64,000 nucleotides of DNA from Octopus sinensis (taxonomy: Eukaryota), in contig NW_021834235.1 in NCBI RefSeq assembly GCF_006345805.1, positions 7,027 through 71,026 of the forward strand, written 5' to 3'. Position numbers and translations under genes: made by a program. Below, in pieces: positions 48,712 through 60,478 of this stretch. Below the pieces are notes generated by a model. That model worked only from the letters and a program-made list of their open reading frames with translations, did no database searches and was not told the DNA's origin. How positions within the stretch are numbered: the first letter of the stretch is position 1; each line of letters opens with the position of its first letter.

Positions 48712-49297
48712 TATATTCACAGACATGACAGAGTTGGAGCCTACATACATTGGAAGCTATGCCAACATTATGGAATAACAACAGAAAAAAGATGATATAG
48801 GCACACACCAGAAAAGGTCACAGAAAACGAGAAAGCAACCATACTCTGGGATATGCCGATACACACAGAGAAATTAAGGCCAACAGACCAGATATAGTTG
48901 TCAGAGATCATGAAGAAAAAAAAATGCTTTCTAATTGATGTATCAATACCGGCAGATGACAACGTGTCTCTAAAAGAAATGGAGAAACTCTCAAAATACA
49001 AAGACCTGGAAATAGAGGTAACCAGAATGTGGAATCTGAAAACAGAAACAATTCCTATCATAGTAGGTGCATTAGGCATGATGAAAAAAGATTCAGACAA
49101 ATACATAACAAAAACACCAGGACTTACAAACACATATAACATACAGAAAATTGCACTACTAGGCACTGCACACATCCTACGCAGAACACTTTCCATACAA
49201 TAACCATCAGAGCATCAGAACAAATCACAGCACATACCCAAGGCAGACAGAGCTGCGCTCGGTAGTGAAGTGAAAGCACGCTATAAAAATAAAACTA

Positions 49298-49300
<3 letters not shown>
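48712..49300 (+). pseudogene. 5'-truncated R4/Dong-type LINE: endonuclease C-terminus, 3' UTR and (AAT)n tail
   Basis: YIHRHDRVGAYIHWKLC..., ILWDMPIHT, KANRPDIVV, CFLIDVSIPADDNVSLKEMEKLSKYKDL...LQ-like IQKIALLGTAHILRRTL*. One stop and two frameshifts; (AAT)n on both sides. Confidence 0.9.
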
Positions 49301-49341
<41 letters not shown>

Positions 49342-49581
49342 TAATAATAGTAATAATAACCTTTGCTACTATAGGCATAAGGCCTGTAATTTGGGGTAGG
49401 GAGTCAATTAAATTGACTCCAGTTCACAACTGGTTCTTATTTTATCGACCCCGAATGGATGAAAGGCAAATTCGACCTCGGCGGATATAATAATAATAAT
49501 GTTAATGAAGATAATGATGAGGATAATGATTCTGCTACTAATAATACTAATAATAATAAGAACAACAACAACAGCGACAAC

Positions 49582-49637
<56 letters not shown>

Positions 49638-49954
49638 TGATGATGATGATGATGATGATAATAATAATAAATAGCGATGATGATCGGATGATGATTTTGG
49701 TGGTTTTGATGATATAATTAAAATGTGTGCATAAGGTTAACCGCGTTATGCATACATGCGTACATAGATAATACATAGCCTACATTCTCAGAAACATATG
49801 AGGAACACATCGTATTTATAGAAATGCAAACGTAAGGGGGAATCCATAAATATATTCTTACGTATGTATGCGTGTGTATGTATATAGTATATTTTATATA
49901 TATATATGTATGTATGTCTATACACGCACACATATATACATATATATATATATT

Positions 49955-49994
<40 letters not shown>

Positions 49995-50364
49995 CATACG
50001 CACGCACACACACACATATGTATATGTATATATCTATGTCTATACACACATACATACATATATATAGTTTATAAAGATGTATTCATATTTACATAACATA
50101 CGAAGTAAAATCTTAAAAATAAACTGGGAACGTACTTTTGGGCAAAGAATTTGATTCTAAATGTGTGTCGTGTAAATAATAGAGTCTAATTCCTTTCATG
50201 CCAGAATATGATCTCGCGGCCCAGAAAATCCCGAAGCTTCTCTTATCCCAATACAAATAGTTATTAGAAAAGTTTCGAAAGGAGAAGTCACTTTTAAAAT
50301 CCGTTTTATTTAAAATATCGTTTGATGTCAATTCTTGCTCAAACAGAGCTTTGAACGACATAGG

Positions 50365-50666
50365 TCTGGTGGTGGTGGTGATGGTGGTGGTGATGGTGGT
50401 GGTGGTGGTGGTGGTAGTGGCGGCGGTGGCAGCGGTTGTGGTTCTTGTTGTTGTTATTGTGTGGTGGTGGTGGTGGTGGTGGTGGTGGTGGTGGTAGTGG
50501 CGGCGGTTGTGGCGGCGGTATTGTTTTTGCTGGTAGTTGATGTGGTGGTGGTTGTAGTGGCGGCAGTGGTGGTGGTAGATGGGGAAGTAGTGGTGATGGT
50601 GATTCTAATGTTGGTGGTGATGGTGGTGGTGGTGGTGGTAGTGTTGTCTACAGTTTTGGCCTTGTG

Positions 50667-50717
<51 letters not shown>

Positions 50718-50900
50718 GGTGGTGGTGGTAGTGGCGGCGGTTGTGGCGGCGGTATTGTTTTTGCTGGTAGTTGATGTGGTGGTGGTTGTAGTGGCGGCAG
50801 TGGTGGTGGTAGATGGGGAAGTAGTGGTGATGGTGATTCTAATGTTGGTGGTGATGGTGGTGGTGGTGGTGGTAGTGTTGTCTACAGTTTTGGCCTTGTG

Positions 50901-50948
<48 letters not shown>

Positions 50949-50975
50949 GGTGGTGTGGTGGTGGTGGTGGTGGTG
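50365..50975. repeat. (GGT/GTT)n low-complexity tract with a 234-bp tandem duplication
   Basis: gtagtggcggcggttgtggcggcggtattg at 50494 and 50728. Confidence 0.9.
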
Positions 50976-51382
50976 TTGACAAAGATATGGCACAGGGGAA
51001 TGAAACTGTTGCTTTCGAGATTTCGAAGACGGAATGATTCAAAATATCTTTTAAATTCCGGCCATGATAAAAAAAATTAAAAAAACGAAATTTTGGTTAT
51101 AAATAAGTATGTGGCTATTCTAATGTCGCCCACAATACGTTTACCCGTTAATAACAACATTAACAACAAAAACAACAACAACAACAACAACAACAACGAC
51201 GACGACGACGAAGCAAACATTTACCAAACAATACTATTAACGTGCAATGGAAACGCTCATTAATTACTTTATTCTCTCTAATTAATTTCCAATCTCAGAC
51301 TATTTGTCTTTCCTTGTTTGCATTGGTTCAGTGTGTAGACATTTTATTATTCATTTTGATACAGCGGCAGTACATTGTCATA

Positions 51383-51720
51383 GTGAAGACGCATGGATCA
51401 GTGGTTAGAGCGTCGAGCTTACGATCGTGATGTTGTGAGCTCGAATCCCGGACCGGGCTGCGTGTTGGGTTCTTGAGCAAGACACTTTATTTCACGTTGC
51501 TCCAGTTAACTCAGCTGTAGAAATGAGTTGCGACGTCACTGGTGCCAAGCTGTATCGGCTGCTGCCTTTCCCTTGGATAACACTGGTGGCGTGGAGAGAG
51601 GAGGCCGGTATGCATGGGCGACTGCTGGTCTTCCATAAACCACCTTGCCCAGACTTGTGACTAGGAGGGTAACTTTTTAGGTGCAATCCCATGGTCCGTG
51701 TCGTGACCGAAGGTGGTCCC
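51383..51720 (+). mobile_element. SINE family C, full length
   Basis: gtgaagacgcatggatcagtggttagagcgtcgag head; body matches the 16721 copy. Confidence 0.85.
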
Positions 51721-51757
51721 GACCGACATTGTCACCTGTACTCAATATAATTCTTCC

Positions 51758-51945
51758 TGATTTTGGCACAAGGGCAGTAAATTTGAGGGGAAGAGGAAGT
51801 TAACTACATCGACTCCAGTAATTGACTTCCTCTTCCCCTTGAATATACTGCCCTTGTGCCAAAATCATATCGACTCCAGTAATTGACTCGTGCTTTATTC
51901 ATCGACCCTGAAAATATGAAAGGCAAAGTTGAGCTCTGCGTCATT
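51758..51945 (-). mobile_element. SINE family A fragment with fold-back inversion-duplication
   Basis: 46-bp inverted arms 51758-51803 / 51822-51867, plus a 20-bp direct repeat at 51808 and 51869. Confidence 0.8.
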
Positions 51946-53137
51946 TAAATATATAATGTTCTGAATTGTATATGGAAAAAACATTTCCTTTAATCCAATG
52001 CAACTTCTTTTTTGTGTAGAGAAAGAAAACAAAAACCTAGCGAGGATTCTGAGTGGCTCTAAAAGTAAAGAGGAGATAACCGCAAGCAATTTGGAGTTAA
52101 TTTCTCGAAGTTGTTAATTACATGCTTAGGTGGAAGTTTTAACTTCATTTGCGGGCTAGAAATGACAATTCAAATGTTTCAGTCTACAAAACTTCATCAG
52201 TTGATAGAGGCTTCTAAATGTAGAGAAAGACGTCTGTATAATTTTTCACCGACATAATTTGCATGACTAAAGAATAAAATGATTTAAGAGAAACATTTTA
52301 AATTGGACAAGGCTTATCTTTGAATTACTAAGAAGTGATACAGTGAATGTTATGCACAAATATTCATTTACGTATGCTTATTTTCTTAAAATTATCTTCC
52401 CTTTCCATTGAAACCTGCCAACAATAGCTTCTATGTTTTCTTCTTTTTTTTCTTCTTTTTTTTAAGACCTGAAGTAGAATGCGGGACATCACTAGAATTA
52501 GTAATGATTAACAGATATGTCTAAGTAGAAGGTCGCTCGTAGCACAGTACATATAAGCCTCCGTAGTAACACAAAGCAACACAGAACGTTAGAAATCAAT
52601 GTTGGTTCACGGATTGCAGCTGGTTTACAATGCATGGTTTGCTCATTTGACAGTTAGGTTATCTTAAATACCAGTAATTATATATTTGAAATGTTGTATA
52701 ATATCCGTTATATTTGTCTGGGGGCGGAAAATCTGGGTCATTTAAACAGATAAAGGAAGATCATTCAACACCGTTGTAGATTCTGCTGTATTCCTTAGTA
52801 AAATAATTAATTCTAGTGGCCCCATTTACCTGACAGACACTTCTGGGAAAGTTATGAGACACCAGAATTACTTATGCGTGTAACAGTATTTGCCTGTTCA
52901 GATTCAATGTAATCTCGTGGGATCTTTTATTGAATAACCAGTTCGTGTCGACTTTTATTTTAAATCTTATTATTCTTCTATACAAAATGGGTCCACCAAG
53001 CATAGAGATTAAATAATTGTTTTTCCGGACAAAAATATCAAATGAATTTAGTCTAGGTCAGTGTGGAGAATGTCTTGAAAAGGTAAAGAAATCCTAACGA
53101 TTCAATCACACAACCGACGTAATACTTCTGGCATTGT

Positions 53138-53590
53138 TAAGGCGGTGAGTCGACTGAATCGTTGGGACACCAGGTAAAGTTCTTAGCGGAATTTCGTCCG
53201 TCTTTGTGATCTGAGTTCTAATTCCGCTAAGGTCGGCTTCGCCTTTTATCATTTCATTCATTCATTCGGTTCTCATTATCCCTTGTGGCACTTGAGGCGA
53301 CAGCAAGCTCGTTCCACCTTCAAACACTGAAAGCGTTCATGATAGTTTGTTGAATTGGTAACCCTCTGCTTTTAAGATCTTTCGTCGTTGTTCTCCGCCA
53401 TTACAAAAGATCTTAAAAGCAGAAACTTAACGATAGAACAAGCTAACAAAGACGCTTTCAGTGTTAGAAGATAGGATGATCTTGCTATCGCCTCAAGTGC
53501 CAAATCTTTTCGGGGTCGAGAAAATAAACATAGCTATTCACTAAGATGGCTGCAATTGACTTAGTTCTCACCCCCAAATTACTGGGCTTG
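53138..53590 (+). mobile_element. Degenerate SINE family A split by a hairpin insert (about 53256-53504)
   Basis: Core breaks at gccttttatcattt and resumes atcttttcggggtcga. The insert has 97-bp inverted arms (53286-53382 / 53406-53502). Confidence 0.65.
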
Positions 53591-53749
53591 TACCAAAATT
53601 TGAAGCCTATATTTTAGGTGTCGGTATTACTGATATCTGTTACAAAGAGCTTCATTTATAATAAAATATCTTTCAATATTGTGCTTAAGTTAGAAATAGT
53701 TACAAAGCTAGACACAGATTTAAGTCTGCGATGAATACACTACCATACC

Positions 53750-53925
53750 ATATAATACTTTCCTGGTAATTCTGGCCGTGCCAAGGAGGCAAACCTTTTG
53801 TAACAGTTCTACTGGACATTCTATTCCAATTTCCTTTATATTCCCCTTTATGCCTTCTGACACTGTCCCCAATAACACAAAAATAATTGGCACTTCATTT
53901 TTCATAATCGCGCTATCTTGTACTT
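53750..53925 (-). pseudogene. R4/Dong-type LINE C-terminal remnant next to (AAG)n/(AAT)n
   Basis: VPIIFVLLGTV...IGIECPVELLQKVCLLGTARITRKVL parallels IPIIVGALG...IQKIALLGTAHILRRTL at 49050-49200. Confidence 0.75.
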
Positions 53926-54015
53926 AAGATGGTCGTGCATGTCTATTCTTCTTCTTCTTCTTCTTCTTCTTCTTCTTCTTCTTCTTCTAATCATTATTAT
54001 CTATCATTTATTATA

Positions 54016-54068
<53 letters not shown>

Positions 54069-54521
54069 AGTCCCATCTTTAGAAAAATATATGCCATAGT
54101 TATAATTGCAACTTACAGTGTACTGTTTGATCTGATGTTTGAAACACATTTTTTATTCAGAAACTATCAATAAAAATGTCAGTTAAGTATATTGTTAAGA
54201 CTTACGCAGATTCTTGAAACATTCTTCAGTTCAATTACATCATTTTTACTCCACTCTGATCAAGAAATTGAAAGTCACATCTGATGCAAAGCTATTTCTA
54301 CATCAGCCATCATCCAAGTAGCCTCTCTGCGCCCCAAGACTCTCCAGTTGTGCCTCATGCATACAACCAGCCAAGATTTTGTTTCCAATCCATTCTTTGG
54401 ATGTCATCAGTCCGCAAACGTCTCTGACAACCTCTCGCTCTCTTCCCATTGCATAAGACCATCTGTCCGGATGGTCTTATGCAGTGGATCGTGGTGCACT
54501 GCATATTCAAAATATGAGGTC

Positions 54522-55381
54522 CGAGGGACATTCCAGACATTTTGAAACTTGTTTTCATGAGAGGCAGTTATAACTGCCCTAGATTATTGGATTATTGGAT
54601 TATTGGATTATTGTAACGTTGGCATATCATTACTATGCATTTAATAAGCTGACCTGCCAACTTTTGTTCTTCCTGATTGAAGGAAGACGGCCGTAATAGC
54701 ACTTTGAACACGCCCTATATAACGTTGCTTGTAACAGCTGACTCGTTTGCAGAAAGCAGTCGGGACATTTTGTGTTAAACTGGACAAAAACACTACAGAA
54801 ACTTATGAAATGCTCCAGACTGGTCATGGATTAATTTGTATGTGCTGAGCATCTGTTTTTCCCTGGCACAAGAGGCCAGGGAAAACAAGTCCACCGGGAA
54901 GTTTATGATGATTCTCCTTTTCGACTGCGAGGGCATCATCTACATCCACTCGGTTTCCAGTGACCAGACGGTCAACAAGGAGTACTTTGTGGAGATTTTG
55001 AAGGAGTTTAGAAAAAGATTTCCTTGCAAAAGGTCAGAGCACCCGCACTAGGGCAGGGCACCTATATACAATTAAATCATGGAAACCAATCCCTTGATTT
55101 ACATGCGTGTCACAATTGTCCCTCACCAAAACTGCAATGCAGATCTTGCTCCCTGTGACTTTTGGTTGTTCCCCAAGCTGAAGGGGACGAAGTGGGTTGT
55201 GATAAGTGACCTGGACACATTCATTTTGGAGACCTTCCACAGAGCCTTTACGAAGTAGCTGGGGCGCTACAATAGGTACATTGAAGTTAGAAGATTATAC
55301 TGTGAAGGCAGAGTTTTGTACTTCTATGGAATTAATAAATGTTTCTCCTGAAAAGTCTCAAAACTTCTGGAATGCACCTTG
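54522..55381 (+). mobile_element. Internally deleted mariner transposon with both TIRs
   Basis: TIRs cgagggacattccagacattttgaaac / gtctcaaaacttctggaatgcaccttg. Remnants FCVKLDKNTTETYEMLQT, KFMMILLFDCEGII...QTVNKEYFVEILK and DLAPCDFWLFPKLK. Confidence 0.85.
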
Positions 55382-55512
55382 AACACACACGGAAATTTAT
55401 TTCTACGTATATATATGCACAAATTCGTATGTATTTTATTATTTAAAAAAATTTAGTTGTCTTTCTTATTTTTAGTTGTGAATTTAAAACTAATTTTCAT
55501 AATCTATTCAAG

Positions 55513-55549
<37 letters not shown>

Positions 55550-55767
55550 TATATATATATATTATTTTGCTATCATTAGAATGATGATTTAATGGTTTTT
55601 ACAAGCAAATCTAATTATAATTAGTCTACTTTAATGAAACAGGGGAAATTTAATTAGTAATTATGTCAAGTCGTACACTGAGGAGATTTCAACATCAAAT
55701 AAAAACATCTTTCAACTAGTTTCCGTTGAATTTTGGCAAATTAATAGCATTTAGATTTCGGAGTTTT

Positions 55768-56318
55768 TTGCCAAGTTACCACCACCACCACCACCACCAC
55801 CACCACCACCACTACCACCACCACCACCACCACCACCACCACCACCACTACCACCACCACTACCACCACCACCACCACCACCACCACCACCACCACCACC
55901 ACCACCACCACCACCACCACCACCACCACCACCAACCACCCCACCACCACCACCACTACCACCACCACCACCACCACACACCACCACCACCACTACCACC
56001 ACCACTACCACCACCACCACCACACCACCACCACCAACCACCACCACCACACCACCACCACCACCACCACCACCACCAACCACCACCACCACCACCACCA
56101 CCACTACCACCACCACTACCACTACTACTGCTGCTGCTGCTATTTCTACTGCTACTACTACTACTAGAACCACAGTTGCTGCTACTGCTACTGTTGCTGT
56201 TGCTACTGCTACCACGACTACCTCTATCACTATTCCATGTACTAATACTTTTACTACTATTGCTGCTACTTCTACTGTTGTTGTTGCTGCTGCTGCTGTT
56301 GCTGTTGTTGCTGTTGCT
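55768..56318. repeat. (ACC)n-(ACT)n-(GCT)n-(GTT)n gradient attached to the family D tail
   Basis: Direct inspection; similar shorter trinucleotide tail at 18183-18277. Confidence 0.9.
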
Positions 56319-56689
56319 GTTGAGCGAACGGTCTTCGTCCCAGAGCTCGCAAGATGGGGGAAGTCCGAAACGTGGTCCTTTGCTATTCGTAAGACATGCA
56401 GAAGAGAAAGCAGGTCAACCCCCGACACCGAGAGCATCGACGGATGGATGAATGCGCATCCAGGCTCAGTGGTTGCGTAGGAAGTCGGGAACAAGAAACA
56501 GGAAGAAAGAGTGAGAGGAAGTTGGAGCGAAAGAGTACAACAGGGGTCGTCACCACTCCCTGCCGGAGCCTCGTGGGGCTTTAGGCGTTTTCGCTAAATA
56601 AACACACACAACGCTCGGTCTGGGAATCGAAACCGCGATCCTCCGACCGCGAGTCCGCTGCCCTAACCACTGGGCCATTGTGCCTCCAC
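56319..56689 (-). mobile_element. SINE family D, full length
   Basis: Minus-strand head gtggaggcacaatggcccagtggttagggcagcggactcgcgg...gtttcgattccc. Confidence 0.85.
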
Positions 56690-57984
56690 TGCTGCTGTTG
56701 CTAGTGTTTATGAACGCCGAGCTTCTGCTTTGGCTACGAAATCTTAAACTCTCCAGTCAGCAATACTCACTTAAGAAGCATGTTTTTTTTTGTTTTTTAA
56801 GCATTATGAATTTTAAGAGTCAGCACAGACGAGAAATAGAATGATATTTTAAATCTAATGAGAATTCGTTAAATTTACTCAGATTTCGTTAGTTGTCTTT
56901 CACTTTAAGAATAACAGGTTTTACGTAAACCATCTCGAGGAATAATCAGACTTTGCCGAACTATGCATCGAGCCGGTTTCAGATAAGATTTCATATGAAA
57001 TCAGAGAGCGTCGATAACAAACAAGTACAAAGAAACGCAGCCATATTTCACAGTATTCAAGATTAGCAAAAGAAAGAAAAAAATGCAATGCGGAAACACC
57101 AAAACAATTGCTATACAAGAAGAGCGAAAGTAAAGAATTGGCTCAACATGTAGCAGTAGGAATCGTGGTGATTGACAGCGATAATTGTAAGGGTTCCTTA
57201 AACATCCTTCTTGATTATCGTGATATTATGATGAAGTTGTTGTACACGGTGTGGCAAAATCCCTCCGAGAATCACCCTTTATGTCTTTATGATAAATGTT
57301 TCATTAATAAACTGACAATATGCATAAAATTTGACAAAATTCTTATCTGAATAAAAAAAACAGTGAAATACTAGCTACATGAATACATGATTATTACTTG
57401 TGTAACTTTACTAGTGATATAATAATTGACGAGTAAAACATGGGAGGTTTTTCTGCTGCATGCTGTAGCCACAGTGAAACGTGAGAGGGTTTTCTGACTG
57501 ACAAGCAACGTGTAATGAAATATACACGCAAAAATATAAACGTTGCTCCAAGACAAAAATCAACAAGCGATATGGTATACAATAGAATAAATGTCATACT
57601 GCCCTAGAATAACTTGAATTACCTCTAATATGATACAATTTCTGGCTCACCACCATTTAATTAGAAATGTAATATAAAACAACACAACACACTGTAGGTC
57701 TGAAGAATCACGTTGGGAAAATAACTAAGACTTCAAATTTGTCGGTATTTTTTTTTTTCAATATGATAGTGTGCGGCCATGTTAACATTTTAAAAATACA
57801 TTGCCTGGTTTTAAACTCGGTATCGGCTGTCTATTTTAAGGCTTATATATCGCAATAGGTGGGGTCGAGTGTTTATTATTATTTTTTTCTTATAGACAAC
57901 AAAACGGTATAAATTTCATGTTGTCTTATATCTATCTCAGAAACAACTGGATTATAGCTAGGTTATTTAATTTTTTTCCTTTTT

Positions 57985-58193
57985 TTTCTACTCTAGGCAC
58001 AGGGCCCAGCATTTTTGGGGAGGGAGCCAGTCGATTAGATAGATCCCAGTGCATAACTGGTACTTAATATCCACCCCGAAAGGATGAAAGGCAAAGTCGA
58101 CCTCGACGGAATTTGAACTCAGAACGTAAAGACAGACGAAATACTGCTAAACATTTCGCCCGGCGTGCTAACGATTCGGCCAGCTCGCCATCT
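57985..58193 (-). mobile_element. SINE family A monomer with ggccctgtgcctagag tail
   Basis: Head, core and alternative tail present. Confidence 0.85.
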
Positions 58194-58384
58194 TAGCTAG
58201 GTTAGTTTATGACATACATACATGCATGCACGCACACACGCATACATACATACATGCATGCATACATGCATACATACATACATACATACATACATACATA
58301 CATACACATACATACATACATACATACATACATACATACATACATACATACATACATACATACATACATACATGCATGCATACA

Positions 58385-58693
58385 TTCTGCCTATCGTCCT
58401 CGAAAGGATGAAAAGCAAAATCTATCCTCGGCGGTATTTGAACTCATAACCAAAATATAGACGACATACCTATTTCTTTGCTACCCACAAGGGGCTAAAC
58501 ACAGAGAGGACAAACGAGGACAGACAAAGGGATTAAGTCGACCCCAGTGCGTAACTGGTACTTATTTAATCGACCCCGAAAGGATGAAAGGCAAAGTCGA
58601 CCTCGGTAGAATTTGAACTCAGAACGTAACGGCAGATGAAATACTGTTAAGCATTTCGCTCGGCGTGCTAACGTTTCTGCCAGCTCGCCACCT
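58385..58693 (-). mobile_element. SINE family A dimer (175-bp period due to a 9-bp deletion)
   Basis: aagtcgaccccag lacks the usual tta(c/t)atcga. Confidence 0.8.
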
Positions 58694-58804
58694 TCTAAAG
58701 ATAGACGACATACCGTTAAATATCTTGTCCGGAGTGCCAACGGTTCTGCTAGTTCGCCGCCTTATGTCGACCTGTAATCAAGACAATTTAACGTTATACG
58801 TATA

Positions 58805-59083
58805 TTCTTTTATTCTTTTATTTGTTCCAGTCATTTGACACCTTTAGTCGAAGAAATCGACCCCAAAACTTATTCATTGTAAGCCTAGTGTTTATTCTAT
58901 CGGTCTCTTTTGCCGAACCGTTAAGATACGGGGACATAAACACATCAGCATCGGTTGTCAAGCGATGGTGGGGTGGGGTGGGGACAAACACGACCACAAA
59001 CACACACATATATACGACGAGGTTCTTTCAGTTTCCGTCTATTCAGAAGGTTTTGGTCGGCCCGGGGCTAAAGTAGAAGACAC
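58805..59083 (-). mobile_element. SINE family B joined to the hammerhead-bearing repeat at 59079-59141
   Basis: Junction agaagacac|aacgtttcgg. Minus motif reads GACAC-CTAATGA-A-GGCTG...CACCC-GAA-ACGT-T-GTGTC. Confidence 0.75.
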
Positions 59084-59142
59084 AACGTTTCGGGTGATAT
59101 ACCCTCCAGCCTTCATTAGGTGTCTTGGGGAAATTTCGAACA

Positions 59143-59201
<59 letters not shown>

Positions 59202-59259
59202 TCACTGGATTCGAACTCGAAATCTTGGGGTTAGTAGCCCGCGCTTTCAACCACTACGC
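59143..59259 (-). mobile_element. Minimal tRNA-only SINE with (AAT)n tail
   Basis: Minus strand reads gcgtagtggttgaaagcgcgggctactaaccccaagatttcgagttcgaatccagtgacctg(aat)n. Confidence 0.65.
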
Positions 59260-59460
59260 TCGATGGAGTGAATTTTAGGGTTTATAAATCTAATATTTTC
59301 CTGTCCTTATAATGTAAATAAAACCAAAGGCTTGTTGAAAGAAATTAAAGAAGAAGACAACCAGAAGCCACTCGGCTGGAGCAAACTAGTAATTTAAAGG
59401 TCCAACTGATGAGTATCCATTTATTTCAACATATAGTGGGAACCTCTTTAATATGTGGTC

Positions 59461-59660
59461 ATTTTCATACCAACCCACCTGTGACCGACCCGAGTACTTT
59501 GATACATATTTCATGTCTTAAAGTGGTTTAAATTAAACCATCCATCAAAATCTCATGCAAATTTCTGTCCCAGATACCATCTTAATGACGCCAAAGTTAT
59601 TTCACTAAATTCTTGAAGAATACTTGTGTATTTCAAAAGAAACGTGATAGCAAAAGGTTT
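59461..59660. mobile_element. piggyBac-type MITE family 2, degenerate, opposite orientation to 32065
   Basis: ataccaacccacctg...ccatcaaaatctcatg...aaagttatttcactaaattctt...gcaaaaggttt. Confidence 0.55.
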
Positions 59661-60034
59661 AGAGTGATCTAAATTGAAAGGGTTCCACCAAAGTTTCAGA
59701 AATATAATATCAAATGATTAATTAAGAGAGAAAAGATGGATTTAGTATTGAAAAACAGCGAAACATATTTTATATAGAAATAACTATGCTGAGAAGTAAG
59801 TTTATATTTAGATAAGGAAGGACAAGATGATTTAGTGCCGTAAAAAAACAGAAATTAGCGAATGAATTAGCCCGATATTCTTTGAAACTCGACCAAATAC
59901 TGAGAGTGAATGTCATTACTTGAAAGCTGAACCTGCAACTACGAAGAGTTAATTCATTTTGCAAATATGTTGATTTTTTAAATTTGATTTGCATTGATAA
60001 ACCTCACAGAAATGATTTGCGTTTTATACAGATA

Positions 60035-60197
60035 GGCACAGGAGTGGCTGTGTGGTAAGTGGCTTGCTTACCAGCCACATAGTTCCGGGTTCACTCCCAT
60101 TGTGTGGCACCTTGGGCAAGTGTCTTCTACTATAGCCTCGGGCCGAACAAAGCCTTGTGAGTGGATTTGGTAGACGGAAACTGAGAGAAGCCCGTCG

Positions 60198-60256
<59 letters not shown>

Positions 60257-60478
60257 CATGTATGTGTGAGTTTATGTGTCTGTTTGTCCCCACAACATCG
60301 CTTGACAACCGATGCTGGTGTGTTACGTCCCCGTAACTTAATCGTTCGGCAAAAGAGACCGATGGAATAAGTACTAGGCTTACAAAGAATAAGTCCTGAA
60401 GTCGATTTGCTCGATTAAAGGCGGTGTTATAGCCTGGCCACAATCAAATGACTGAAACAAATAAACGAATAAAAGAGA
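60035..60478 (+). mobile_element. SINE family B, full length
   Basis: Matches 28869-29255 with a longer central (TA)n. Confidence 0.9.

Noticed and set aside
50335-50993. 214- and 179-aa ORFs
   Set aside because: They come from stop-free (GGT/GTT)n repeats and a 234-bp duplication.
52170-52204. Minus-strand TCAA-CTGATGA-AGT..ACT-GAA-ACAT-TTGA hammerhead near-match
   Set aside because: There is no unpaired cleavage nucleotide and stem III is broken. It is a single copy and could be a decayed member, but is unsupported.
55726-56494. 241- and 247-aa ORFs (poly-His/Pro/Leu; poly-Val/Gly)
   Set aside because: They are translations of the (ACC)n/(GCT)n tail and body of a family D SINE, with no coding complexity.
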